From the NCBI GenBank assembly GCA_951406725.2, contig OX597833.1, positions 50,096,001-50,160,000 of the forward strand: a stretch of 64,000 nt of DNA. The letters are read 5' to 3'. The DNA is from Octopus vulgaris (taxonomy: Eukaryota). Below, piece after piece: positions 1 through 13,008 of the stretch. The position numbers and the translations under genes are program-made. Each line of letters starts with the position of its first letter. The first letter of the stretch is position 1. The notes under the pieces are model-generated. The model had not been told where the DNA came from, searched no databases, and was given only the letters and a program-made list of their open reading frames with translations.

Positions 1-3
1 TAG

Positions 4-56
<53 letters not shown>

Positions 57-265
57 CAGAGACAGATAGAGAGGGGGAGACAGGGGTAGACAAAGAGAGA
101 GATAGAAAGTGAGGGATAGGTAGAGATAGATAGAGATAGATAGATAAACAGATAAAGTAGATAAATAGATAGATAAATAGAGAGAGGGGGGAGAGAGATT
201 GAGAGAGAAAGACAAGGGAGAGAGATGGAGACAGACAGACGAACGGACAGACGGACAGACAGATA
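1..265. repeat. (GATA)n/(GACA)n/(GA)n compound microsatellite
   Basis: Direct reading: tagatagata... grading into gaga and gaca units. Confidence 0.95.
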
Positions 266-538
266 GGTAAGTAGATACATATCAACAATCTCTTATATAG
301 GTACCGTTCTCAACACACAATACAACACACATAAACACTACAAAAAAAAAAGGAACCGCATACATCCTTAACACACACAACTATACACCTTTGACATGTC
401 CATTTCCTCTGCCAAATTGATTCGTAATTTTCATTGTCCGCCATTTCCTATGGCAACATTCTTGACTATTTGCCAGACTCTGTTGCTCTGTCACATGCAA
501 TTAGAACCAGCACAAGGATCAAGAGTGTATGTAATGTA

Positions 539-589
<51 letters not shown>

Positions 590-727
590 AAAGAGAGAGA
601 GAGAGAAGAGGAAAGAAAGAGAGAAAGAGAGAGAGAGACTCCCTCTCCGTTTTTCCCGACCTTAAAAACAATACCACACTCCACCATAATAATTACAATG
701 ATAATATGGATGCTGTGCGACGTCTTT

Positions 728-760
728 AACAACAACAACAACAATAATAATAATGATAAC

Positions 761-795
<35 letters not shown>

Positions 796-832
796 TAAAA
801 AATAATGATAAAAATAATGATAATAATAATAA

Positions 833-864
<32 letters not shown>

Positions 865-927
865 ATAAAAATAATGATAAAAATAATAATAATAATAATA
901 ATAATGATAATAATGATAAAAATAATG

Positions 928-982
<55 letters not shown>

Positions 983-993
983 TAAAAATAATG

Positions 994-1060
<67 letters not shown>

Positions 1061-1149
1061 TGATAATAAGAATAATAATAATGATAATGATAATAACAAT
1101 GATAATAATAATAATAATGATAATGATAAAAATAATGATAATAATAATG

Positions 1150-1210
<61 letters not shown>

Positions 1211-1223
1211 TAATAATGATAAT
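728..1223. repeat. (AAT)n microsatellite with GAT/AAA variants, ~500 bp
   Basis: Direct reading; explains the poly-N/I/L ORFs. Confidence 0.97.
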
Positions 1224-2184
1224 GTTAATGCAATACAATGCGAAAACGGGGTTCAGAAAGCTGAACTCCTTGGTCCATGTTTACGTTATATTACTCCTTA
1301 AAATTGTCAGAGAGTATATAGATCAACCGTTGTTTATATCAAAAGAGGCTTTATATCAAACAATGTTAATAACACGCCATTGTTTATGCCTATAGAATAT
1401 ACTGTGGAATACTTGTGGCAAATTCTAGCGGAATTCTAGACGAAATGCAGTCTGTGATATTATTGTATTGGATGGAGAGGAGTTCGCTTAAGGAATTTCA
1501 TGGTTCAAAACTTATAGGTAAAGCTTATAGCCTTGTTGTCATCGTCGTTGGTGTTTTTATTTTTTTATTTTTTGTTGTTGATATTGTTGCTATTGTGCTT
1601 GTTGAGGCTCGTATTGTTGTTGTTATGTTTTATCGGATTTGTGCGATGTAAGTTGGCGTGTTATAATATCGTCTTGGGAAATATCAACCAGTCTTCTAGT
1701 CTACAATCCTCTTTCCGCACTCCACCTTCTCTCTCTTTCTTCTCTTTCTCTCTCCCTCTCTCTCTCACACACTCACATATCCATACACAGAATTTTGCTT
1801 GTTCTATCTCACTCTTTCACTTTCTTTCCCAGTGTTTCACACAGTTACACACTTACACACATCCGGAAAAATCGGGGCACATACTGAGACAATGACACAC
1901 ACACACACACACACACATTCGTATATGAATTCTGTGTGTTTATAGCAAAAAAGCTGTACGAAATTGTAACGTATACGTGTGTTGTGTTACTTAGTGTAGC
2001 TTTTCTATACAATTACACTCTCACACAAACACACAAACACATAGAGACACACACGCACACCTACACACACATTCCTCTTCTCATTTTCTCTCATTCATAC
2101 ATACAAATATACACATTCTTCGTATGTGTAAGAGCCGAATAAAAAGAAAACACAGACTGATATCTACCACACACATAGCTCAGT

Positions 2185-2206
2185 GTATGTATATGCATAT
2201 ATATAT

Positions 2207-2265
<59 letters not shown>

Positions 2266-2270
2266 TATAC

Positions 2271-2317
<47 letters not shown>

Positions 2318-2352
2318 CATATATATATAAATATATATATATATATACATAC

Positions 2353-2445
<93 letters not shown>

Positions 2446-2572
2446 TTATGTACATATAGACACACGTACATTTATATACATATATGTACATATACATATA
2501 TATATCCATAAACATATTTATATACATGCTCATATATACATATATATATTGCATATATATATACACACACAC

Positions 2573-2605
<33 letters not shown>

Positions 2606-2830
2606 CATATATATACATATATTTATATACATATGTAAATATACATACATATAAGTATTTATATTTACATATACATATATATATATGCCTATATATATAT
2701 ATACCTATATCTATATATGCATACATATATATATATATATGCATATATATGTATGAATATATATATATGCATATTCATATGTATACATATATATATATAT
2801 ATATTCATATACATACATATATATATGTAT
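2185..2830. repeat. (AT)n/(ATAC)n compound microsatellite
   Basis: Direct reading; explains the poly-YI ORFs. Confidence 0.95.
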
Positions 2831-3392
2831 ATCTTTGTGTGTGTGTTTGTATAACTATGTGTATGTGGAGAGGGTGCATTCTTATATTGTGATAGGATTT
2901 TAGTAACCATATTTCTATTGATTTTTTTTTCTTATGATTTCAGACGAATGTGAATAGAAGTTAAGCATGTAAACGTTTCTATATCACTACAAACTACAAT
3001 ACAAACCTTAACTACATCGTACAATTAAGCGAGCCACCATTGCAAGGTTAAGGTTATGGCGACAAGCCGTTGTACATGGAGTCGTTCATTTACAGCAGAT
3101 AACATCGTTGGTGTTCTTCGCCAGTCAGTTAAATAAGGAAACACACACAGTTTAGAAGTGAGTATGAACTCGGCATACAGTAAGTGTTCGTCTGTGTTTA
3201 CTACGTGCAGTGTGAGTGTAAAATATATGATATAGGTTTGGTTGAATAAACAGGACAAATTTGAACTATACATATATACATTACGAGCAAAATGCCCACC
3301 GTCCAATGGACAGTGCAGACCGTTAAAAACCGCTAAAATTAAACCTAAACAAAAATATATATATAAATAATAATGTAAATATAATTCAAATA

Positions 3393-3812
3393 GGATCTTT
3401 TCGGTTTGAACGGCAGTTTTTTCTAGCGGTGTCATATAATATTGTCACCCATAATTATGATCCTAGAATCGATCTATTGCATTTAAATCTCTTTTATGGT
3501 TAAGGTTAGTTAGGGTTAGGGGTGGGGGTAGGGTATCTTTTTTTCTTCAGAAATGTAAATAAACCTAATCTGTTTCTTAAACGAGGGACATATTCATACG
3601 GCACAGAATGCTTTTTAACTCAATAGACGTTTTGGTTAAATTGCAGAAATTGAAGAAGCAAAACAACAAATATCTTACAAACTATACAATTTTCTCAATA
3701 AAGCCAAGAAAAAAATATGTTTTATAAACACATTCTACTAGTATACGAAGTTTAAATTTTTTTAGTTACCTAGAAATTATGTTAAAAACTGCCGTTCAAA
3801 CCGAAAAGATCC
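3393..3812. mobile_element. Non-autonomous DNA transposon (MITE), Merlin-like
   Basis: Perfect 29-bp TIRs GGATCTTTTCGGTTTGAACGGCAGTTTTT (3393-3421 and 3784-3812). 8-bp TSD TTCAAATA (3385-3392 and 3813-3820). 5'-GG termini with an 8-bp TSD fit Merlin; superfamily is inferred. Confidence 0.85.
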
Positions 3813-4089
3813 TTCAAATATGTCTATGGCGTGTGACGATATGAGAGAGAAATGATGCAGCTTATGTTGTTTGTTTTGAAGGAAAAGTGAATTCAACTTT
3901 GTATTCAATATTTGATTTAGAAAGGAGAAAGAAAAAGGAGGTCTTTTGACTCTATACAAGTGTTGTATTCAAAATATTTGTGGACTTTAGTAATATAACA
4001 AAAATTTATAGTTTACCATAAGTATTTTATCAGTTAATGCGATGGTTTGTACTGCTACAAGAAAGGACCTCAGTATATCAATATGAAGC

Positions 4090-4275
4090 ATGAGCAACCC
4101 CCACCCCGTCCAATGGACGGTGCTGTGTTGTCAAATATTTAAACCAAATTTTCTCAAAACAACTTGTCCGACCGTCCCATAGACCTCCCCTTTAAGAAAC
4201 ACTGATTTGACCTAAATTTCAGACACCAGCAAAAGAAGAACTAACGATAGACTTTTTTTCTATTCCTAACAAAAA
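4090..4275 (+). repeat. Dispersed repeat 'F' copy, unclassified
   Basis: ccgtccaatggacgg..ttgtcaaa(t/c)atttaaaccaaattttctcaaaacaacttgtccgac recurs at 42408-42600 (+), 54700-54840 (-) and partly at 3282-3315. Confidence 0.8.
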
Positions 4276-4517
4276 CGAGCGGCGTTTGACTCGATTTTGT
4301 AACGTTCTACCGATTAAAAATAATAAACCAATACGATATATACAATATAATGATACACATGACTTACATATACGAAGGAATATAATGCATATATATGTGG
4401 GTCTGTGTGTATATCTATCTATCTAGCCACAAATTTTCTGTGTCAGAATTTTCTGTGGCCTAAATCTGATTCAGATTGAATAAATTATAGATTCTACCAT
4501 AAGATCATGGGTGAAAG

Positions 4518-4518
<1 letters not shown>

Positions 4519-4592
<74 letters not shown>

Positions 4593-4594
4593 AT

Positions 4595-4693
<99 letters not shown>

Positions 4694-4715
4694 GACTGTC
4701 TGTCTGCCTGTCTGT
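4519..4715. repeat. (TATC)n microsatellite
   Basis: Direct reading. Confidence 0.97.
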
Positions 4716-5988
4716 CAATCTATTTACTACAATATTAGGCCTGATATATTTTGCGGGTTCGAGGAGAGAAGTTGATTTCATTGTCCATGAAAGAATGAAT
4801 GGTAAAGCCAACTTTGGTGGAGTTTTTACTCGGAACGTGTAAAAGGGTAAAATTCTACAAAGCCTTTTGTCCGGCGTTCAAACGGTTCTGCCAGCTGGCC
4901 TTAGACACACACACATACGTACGAGCACACATACATGTATGCATGTATGTATTTATATTAATGTATGCATCTATATGTATATGCATATATCTATATCTAT
5001 ATATATATACATATATACATACATATATATACATGCATATATATATATATACACATACACACACACATATATAAATATATGTGCATACATACAAATACAC
5101 GTATATATATATATATACATATATATACATACACACATATATACATGTACATATAACTATATATATACATACATATAAATACATATATATACATACAGGT
5201 ATATATAAACATATGCGTATATATTTAAACGTATACCTGTATGTGTGGGTGTTTGTATGTGTGTGTGTTGTGATGGAAGCGATAGAAACGGAAAAGTGTG
5301 ATAGAAAATGTCAGATATATACACACATACATACACACATACACATACACACACGCACTCACATATAAGCATATACGTACATATGTAAACTTGAATATAA
5401 ATCTGCATGTGCGTGTGAGTGTGTGAGTGTATATATATGTGTGTATGTGAGTGTGTGAGTATGTGTGTGTGTTTTGGGGTGGAAGCGATAGAAGCGGAAA
5501 AAGTATGATAGAAAATGTCAGAGGAAGCGTTGGTATCGCGAGCGGGTACCGCCAAGGTAAGACAATCACTCCTTTATGCCAGAACCAATCAGATCTTCAC
5601 TTTGAATACGGTAAGACGTTCATACTTCTCATTCTTTTAGAAGAACACACAAAACAAGACTAGAATTACTACCCAGTTCCGACTTGCCTTTGTTTTACGT
5701 TTCTGTGCCAATCTATGTCCCTAGATAACTTATACCATACACACACATACACACACACACAGACACACACACACACACACTCATACACACACGCACACAC
5801 ATGCATACATACATATATATAAATACGTATATATACATATACATACATGCACACATTAGTCAGTCAGAGAAATGTGAAGTTAATAAGGAAGGAATAAAGA
5901 GAGAAAGATAGAGTGAGAAAGAGAGTAAAAGTGAAAGAAGAGGAGAGAGAAAAAAGAGAAAGGTGAGAGAGTGGGACGTGTGTGTCTG

Positions 5989-6308
5989 CATGTATGTATG
6001 TATGTATGTACGTATTATGTATGTATGTACGTATGTATGTACGTACGTACGTATGTATGTATGTACGTACGTATGTATATATATATATGTGTGTGTGTAT
6101 GTATGTATGTATGTATGTATGTACGTACGTATATGTATGTATGTATGTATGTACGTATGTACGTACGTACGTATGTATGTATGTATGTATGTATGTATGC
6201 ATGTATGTATGTATGTATGTATGTATGTATGTACGTACGTATGTATGTATGTATGTATGTATGTATGTATGTATGTACGTATGTATGTATGTATGTATGT
6301 ATGTATGT
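5989..6308. repeat. (TATG)n/(TACG)n microsatellite
   Basis: Direct reading. Confidence 0.95.
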
Positions 6309-7095
6309 TATGTTCATCCTGAATGCTTGTTTGCGCGTATGCATGTGTTAATGTACTTTTAAATGCATATTCGTGTGCATGTATGTGTGTGTGCGTATGC
6401 GTGTGTGTGTGCGCGCGCTTAAGTACGTGTTTGTATGTGTTTGAGTTTGAGAGAGAGAGTTTATAAGCCAATGCTGGACCAATTCATCTTCTGTGTTTGA
6501 ATCTCATCATTAGCTGTGTCTAATCTTCCATCATTCATGGAATTTGGTAACTGAGAATAAATACCAACCAGTTAAAGAAATGAAGCACTGAAGAAAATAT
6601 AATGGCCTCCTTTTTTTTGTTACCCTTTTTTCTGTGTTTTCCCTCCTTTATTTTATTTTTTTTGTACTGTCTTCACCAGCCCGAGGGTTTTGGTATTAAG
6701 GACGGCGAAAAGTTCAGGTCACGTAATTTGGTTACTAGAAATATCGAATTCATTCAGCTGGTTGTACTTTTAATGAAAGTATGTTCGCCAAATTGAAATT
6801 GCCAAGTGTCCTGTTTTATAGTCACGACATCATCACAACTCGCATAAGTAGCAACAGAGTGAGAAACTATGGGAGTAGCGTTAAGAGATAATAAAGTGTT
6901 AGGGAGAGGAATAGTAACAAATGATAATATAAATGATATAAAAACATTTAAACAATTGATTATAGAAGTTTGAACTAAAGAAAGTCATGGAACTCCAAAT
7001 CCTTACCATTTTTCTATGGTATTTATTTTCTTCTCACTTGCTAGATGAGATCATGGCTCTAACAAATCCTAGAAGACTGGTGAGACTGATACCAG

Positions 7096-7327
7096 TTTCT
7101 TTACTACCCACAAGGGGCTAAACACAGAGAGGACAAACAAGGACAGGCAAACGGATTAAGTTGATTATATCGACCCCAGTGCGTAACTGGTTTTTATTTA
7201 ATCGACCCCGAAAGGATGAAAGGCAAAGTCGACATCGGCGAAATTTGAACTCAGAACGTAGCGGAAGACGAAATACCGCTAAACATTTCGCCTGGCGTGC
7301 TAACGATTCAGCCAGCTTGCCGCCTTC
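7096..7327 (-). mobile_element. SINE family B, tRNA-derived, full length
   Basis: Reverse complement of aaggcggcgagctggcagaa..gagttcaaattccgccgaggtcgactttgcctttcatcctttcggggtcga..aagaaa; A/B-box-like head; many copies in window. Confidence 0.9.
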
Positions 7328-7531
7328 ACTGGTAATACCATTAATGTTATTTTTTAACATATGCAAGACAACATCTGAGTGGTTCTGGGTAGGGAGAGAA
7401 TTCCAAAGAGCCAAAGAAAGGGCTGAACATTTATAATTAGTTCGGGGCCTGAACAGTTAGCTTCAATAAGGTCGATGATAGAATAAGCACTGGGCTTCAT
7501 CTTGTTATCTTGTAGGCCAGAAGCTGTGCTG

Positions 7532-7788
7532 CGGTGGTTCTTAACCGGGGTTCATATGACCTTTATGGGTCCATGTAAGATTTTGCTGTTAACATTTATG
7601 TGCAAAAGCTTAATTTTACTTCTACAACACACAAAAGATGTTAACAATTGTTTTATACAATTCATAATATGTTAATTTCAAAAATGTAATAAGGATTTTT
7701 TAAACATCGAATGATTATGAGCGACCATCCGAGTGAAATAGGTATCTAGGAGGTCCATAGGTAAAAAAAAAATGGTTGAAAAACTCTG
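7532..7788. mobile_element. hAT (Charlie-like) MITE, old
   Basis: Imperfect TIRs cggtggttcttaacc / ggttgaaaaactctg (CAGTGGTTCTCAA-type). 8-bp TSD ctgtgctg (7524-7531) vs ctgtggtg (7789-7796), 7/8 match. Confidence 0.7.
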
Positions 7789-8033
7789 CTGTGGTGCATC
7801 TTTGCGTAATTTTATGCCAATCAGTCGAATGACACTTTTCTGGATGGGATCAAGTACGTATCCTTAAAATGAAACAAAGCATGGTTAGGCAAACAGAGGT
7901 ACCAACAAATAGAAAGAGAGGGAACATCATCTTTTAAGTAAATCAGAATAGGTGAAGGTAAGATTGCCAAAGTTTAATGCAGTTTAAATATGGAGATTAA
8001 GATTGTTTAGTATTGGATATTCGTCGCGAACAT

Positions 8034-8498
8034 TGTTCCTAGTCAATTTAATAATCATCGCAGGTGGACAGCCAAAATAAATAAATAAATAAATAAATAA
8101 ATAGACAAAATCCTCTCACTTTCATTAAAAAAATTAAGTAAGTATAGAAAATTCTACATACAAAACAACTATGTCCATTTACGTCCATTTTACGCAGGAC
8201 CTCTGGGCAGTGTTCTTAGTCAATTTAATAAGCGTCGCAGGTAGACAGACGAAATAAATAAATAGACAAAATCCTTTTAATTTTATAAAAAAAGATTTTA
8301 AAAGTATGGAAGACTCTACATACTAAAAACTATATCCATTTACGTCCATTTACACGGGAGGTTTGGGCAAAATGTTATAGTGCATGACCATCCTTGGGAC
8401 ATAAGTAATGTGTGTGTAAAGTTTGGTGAAAATCGGTTGCGAATTGTGGAAATGTATGCGTTAGTCATTATACACACAAATACTGGGATTTATATATG

Positions 8499-8500
<2 letters not shown>
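8034..8500 (-). mobile_element. Probable non-autonomous Helitron-like relic with an internal ~175-bp diverged tandem duplication
   Basis: Two related units at about 8034-8209 and 8211-8372. The minus strand reads atatataaatcccag..ccgattttcaccaaacttt, similar to Helitron 5' regions. Termini are not clearly visible. Confidence 0.4.
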
Positions 8501-8532
<32 letters not shown>

Positions 8533-8588
8533 TCTTTTATATATATATATATATTGTATGTATAGATTTTATTAATTTTCCAGCAAGA

Positions 8589-8636
<48 letters not shown>

Positions 8637-9040
8637 GCGCAGGAGTGGCTGTGTGGTAAGTAGCTTGCTTACTAACCACATGGTTCCAGGTTCAGTCCCA
8701 CAGAGTGGCACCTTGGACAAGTGTCTTCTACTATGGCCTCGGGCCGATCAAAGCCTTGTGAGTGGATTCGGAAGACGGAAACTGAAAGAAGCCCGTCGTA
8801 TATAGGTGTATATATATATACATATATATATATATGTGTGTGTGTGTGTGTTGTTTATCTGTGTTTCTCCCGATGCTGGTGTGTTAGGTCCCCGTAATAT
8901 AGCGGTTCGGCAAAAGAGATTGTTAGAATAAGTACTAGGCTTACAAAGAATATGTCCTGCGGTCAATCTGATTCGACTAAAGGCGTAGGTCCAGCATGGC
9001 CGCAGTCAAAATGACTGAAACAAGTAAAAGAGTAAAGAGT
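8637..9040 (+). mobile_element. SINE family A, tRNA-derived, with central (TA)/(TG) microsatellite
   Basis: gcaggagtggctgtgtggtaag..ggttcagtcccac head and ..gcagtcaaa(a)tgactgaaacaagtaaaagag tail; more than 10 copies in window. Confidence 0.92.
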
Positions 9041-9116
9041 AACACAAACACACATACATACACACAAACCCACGTTTTCCTGGCATTGACTCAATGACAT
9101 CACCCAAGTGATATAT

Positions 9117-9358
9117 TCTTTCTTTATTTCTTTATTACCCTCAAGGGGCTAAACACAGCGGGCACAAACAAGGACAGAAAAACGGATTAAGTTGATTATA
9201 TCGACCCCAGTGCGTAAATGGTACTTAATTTATCGACTCCGAAAGGATGAAAGGCAAAGTCGACCTCGGCGGAATTTGAACCCAGAACGTAACGGCAGAC
9301 GAAATACGGCTACGCATTTCGCCCGGCGTGCTAACGTTTCTGCCAGCTCGCCGCCTTT
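9117..9358 (-). mobile_element. SINE family B, full length with TSD
   Basis: Family consensus match; 15-bp TSD acccaagtg(a/t)tatat at 9102-9116 and 9359-9373. Confidence 0.92.
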
Positions 9359-10019
9359 ACCCAAGTGTTATATAACCAATTCACACTTCTGGTGTGCCAC
9401 ATCGTGAAAAGTGTTCCAGTTTTATATCCAACTGCAGCCTATCTATTCTCACTATATTATATTATTACCAATTTATATTAAAATAATCACCAAAGATGTT
9501 AGACATCGCGACCTCCACTTACGTAATACACCTACCTAATACATCTAGATTATATAAAGGTTATATGGTCCACTACTCTGTTTTACTTTCGTTTACTCTT
9601 ATCTTATTGAACACACTTAAAGGATTATATCACGCTTTAAGAAATATTATAATCTCTTTTAAAGTATATCAAACAGTACATTTCCAAAGACGATAAGTAA
9701 ACTTAAAAGTTAAATATCTTTTGCTGCTATATTATTTTCTTTCGTAGGAATAAGATTCCCACATTACGTTTGACGGGGAATTAGACTCCTAACGATAAAG
9801 GCCATTAACAGATTAAATGAAGGAAAGTCTCTATAAAAACGAAACGCAATCAGGGGTTAGAGACTCGGGAACCGAATTCTATCTTCTTCCCTAAAAACGA
9901 TTTACTCTCCTAGGCTCTACAGCACTGAAATAATTCATCATCATCATCATCATCACCACCACCGCCGCCACCGCCGCCATCACCACCACCACCCTCATCA
10001 TCATCATCATCATCATCAC

Positions 10020-10520
10020 ATTCTGCTCAATACCACAGGTTTGCTTGTCATTTGTTTGACCTTAACCAGTTGAGCATGACCCTTAGTGGCTGACGATGTG
10101 TGCATCTCTGATCACGAGCAGAAGTAGTGGGTGAGCAGCATAGCCATGTGTTGAGAGGGATTCTTAGAGGTTTGAATAATTCACTTCTGGAAACATGGGT
10201 GTTTCGTTCAATATTCTTAAACAAACCTTATTCAGGGACCTTTTGAGCGGGATGGGTTACTCGACCAGAAGAAAATTGTAACTGGTACTTAATTTATCGA
10301 CCCCGAAAGGATGAAATGCAAAGTCGACCTCATTGAACTGTGACCACGCTGGAGCGAAGAATCTGCAAGGTCATGCGCTGTTTATCTTGATATGAGATCA
10401 TCATGTCACGCATATATGGTTATAACGCATGTGCCTGGTGTAACCTTATCAGACGGGTAGTCATGATGGGTATACTGGGCTTCATATATTTTACCCCAGT
10501 GTCACTTTGATGACATGCAC

Positions 10521-10570
<50 letters not shown>
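10020..10570 (+). mobile_element. Retroposon family E 3' region with (TAA)n tail, interrupted by a SINE B fragment (~10281-10331)
   Basis: Homologous to minus-strand copies at 61426-62431; ends gtcactttgatgacatgcac then (TAA)n; the same end recurs at 12377-12410. Confidence 0.75.
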
Positions 10571-10783
10571 TTTAAACTTATAAGCTATAGAAAATAGTCT
10601 AGCTTGACGGCAAAAAATAATGTACTATAACTAATACCCCCTTTTTTTCTGTCGAGGCCTTACATAACCCAATAGTAGACTACTTTCTATACCTAATATG
10701 TAATGAACACTTATAAGTTTACGCTTATAATTATTATTTACATTATATATATATATATACTTACGTATATAATATAATATAAT

Positions 10784-10851
<68 letters not shown>

Positions 10852-11164
10852 TACACACACAAACAGAGAGGGTGGGAGCAGGGAGAGAGGGCGAATTTGT
10901 CAGACAGATAGCCAAAAAAAGTTACGAATGTGTACATTTGCAGAGACAAATTGCTTTAATAGTTACGCTTCAAATATCGGAATATCGGCTAATGGGACAT
11001 ATGTTACGGTATCTGTTGTTAATAATCTGCTCTATTTCGCGAATTCCGAGAACGATATTTAAATATAGCTACTTTTTATCCATATAGCTAGTGATATCAT
11101 GTAACAATCTTTCATCTCATTAACATTAACGAGCTTTATGATGTAAGTTTTGGGAACATGCGGG

Positions 11165-11785
11165 AAGGCGGAGCGAGCGCAGAATCGTTAGAACGCCGGG
11201 CGAAATGCTTAGCGGTATTTCGTCTGCCGCTACGTTCTGAGTTCAAATTCCGCCGAGGTCGACTTTGCCTTTCATCCTTTCGGGGTCGATAAATTAAGTA
11301 TCAGTTACGCACTGGGGTCGATATAATCGACTTAATCCCTTTATCTGTCCTTGTTTGTCCCCTCTGTGTTTAGCACCTTGTGGGTAGTAAAGAAACAGGT
11401 ATTTCGTCTGCCGCTACGTTCTGAGTTCAAATTCCGCCGATGTCGACTTTGCCTTTCATCCTTTCGGGGTCAATAAATTAAGTACCAGTTACGCACTGGA
11501 GTCGATGTAATCGACTTAATCCGTTTGTGTGTCCTTGTTTGTCCCCTCTATGTTTAACCCCTTGTGGGCAATAAAGAAATAAGAATCGTTAGAACGCTGG
11601 GCAAGGTGCTTCGCGCCAGATCTTTTGACTTTGCGTCTTGAGTTCAAGTACTGCGAAGTCGAATTGCTTTTCATCCTTTCCAGGTCGATAAGATAAGTAT
11701 TGGTTGTGCACTGGGGTTGACGCTATCGACTCGATTAGTCCCCCGCCTACAAAATTTCAGTCCATGTTTCAATAGTAAAAAGGAT
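11165..11785 (+). mobile_element. SINE B tandem array: head plus two 184-bp bodies, followed by an older diverged copy
   Basis: Body start gtatttcgtctgccgc at 11215 and 11399; third diverged copy from about 11582. Confidence 0.88.
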
Positions 11786-12040
11786 AGGAGAACAGGGGAG
11801 AAGACGGGTGAAAAATTTCTATGTCGTCTCTCATCTTGCTAAAAATAACAACCAAATTGAATTTTACTCTTTGACCATTTAAAATTGGACTGCTTTTGAT
11901 ATAGTGTTACTGAAAATATTTCGGTTTGGTCACATACATACATACATACATACATACATACATACATACATACATACATACATACATACATACATACATA
12001 CATACATACATAATACATACATACAAACATATATACATAG

Positions 12041-12345
12041 CACGCTGCCCAGATACCAATATAAAGAAATCAAGCTTCTCAAAACCAAAAACGAGAAAGC
12101 TAATTCGAAGACTACAGATCCAAGCCATCACTGGAACGGTAAAAATCTGTAAAAATTTCCAGAAGTTTATCATTTAATTATACACGAGCATGTCAGGACA
12201 TGCAGCTATATGCATGAAGATACATATATAAAACAAAACATACAATTTGCGCATATACCTAGATACAAAAAAATGCCCTGTTGAAGTTGTTGAAATTCCA
12301 ATTAAGTAGCCTTAGATCTAGGTTAGAAACCGGCTCTTTCTCAGC
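12041..12345 (+). mobile_element. 3' fragment of an RLE-type (R4-like) non-LTR retrotransposon: ORF C-terminus plus 3' UTR
   Basis: Translates ..FSKPKTRKLIRRLQIQAITGTVKICKNFQKFII* (stop ends 12177), resembling the LQ..xL.GT..I terminus of RLE-clade ORFs; classification inferred. Confidence 0.55.
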
Positions 12346-12409
12346 TTTTTAATCTTTTACTCTTTTAATTGTTTAAGTCTCTTTGATGGCATGCACTGCT
12401 CTCTCACTC

Positions 12410-12473
<64 letters not shown>

Positions 12474-12477
<4 letters not shown>

Positions 12478-12827
12478 CAGCAGATGACAACATGTCTCTA
12501 AAAGTAATGGAGAAACTTTCAAAATACAAAGACCTGGAAATAGAGGTAACTCGAATGTGGAATCTAAAAACAGAAACAATCTCTTTCATAGTAGGCGCAT
12601 TAGGTATGATAAAAACATATTCAGACAAATACATAGCAAAAACACCAGGACTTACAAATATATATAACATACAGAAAATTGCACTACTGGGCACTGCACA
12701 CATCCTACGCAAAACACTTTCAATACAGTAATCATCAGAGCACCACAACAAAACACAGCACATACCCAAGGCACACAGAGCTGCGCTCAGTAGTGAAGTG
12801 AAAGCACGTGATAAATATAAGACAACT
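12474..12827 (+). mobile_element. 5'-truncated R4/Dong-clade non-LTR retrotransposon (RLE C-terminus plus 3' UTR) inside (TAA)n
   Basis: IPADDNMSLKVMEKLSKYKDLEIEVTRMWNLKTETISFIVGALGMIK..IQKIALLGTAHILRKTL is the typical EK..KY..L..E...MW...vGALG tail of R4/Dong endonucleases; (AAT)n on both sides. Confidence 0.88.
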
Positions 12828-12850
12828 TAATAATAATAATAATGTTAATG

Positions 12851-12900
<50 letters not shown>

Positions 12901-13008
12901 GATGATGATGATGATGATGATGATAACAATAATAATGGCAATAATAATGATATGTGTGTATGTGTGCATATGTGTATGTGCGTGTGTGTGTGTATGTTTG
13001 TTCCCGAC

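Noticed and set aside
3498-3534. TTAGGG repeats as an interstitial telomere
   Set aside because: Only about two perfect units, internal to a TIR/TSD-bounded MITE.
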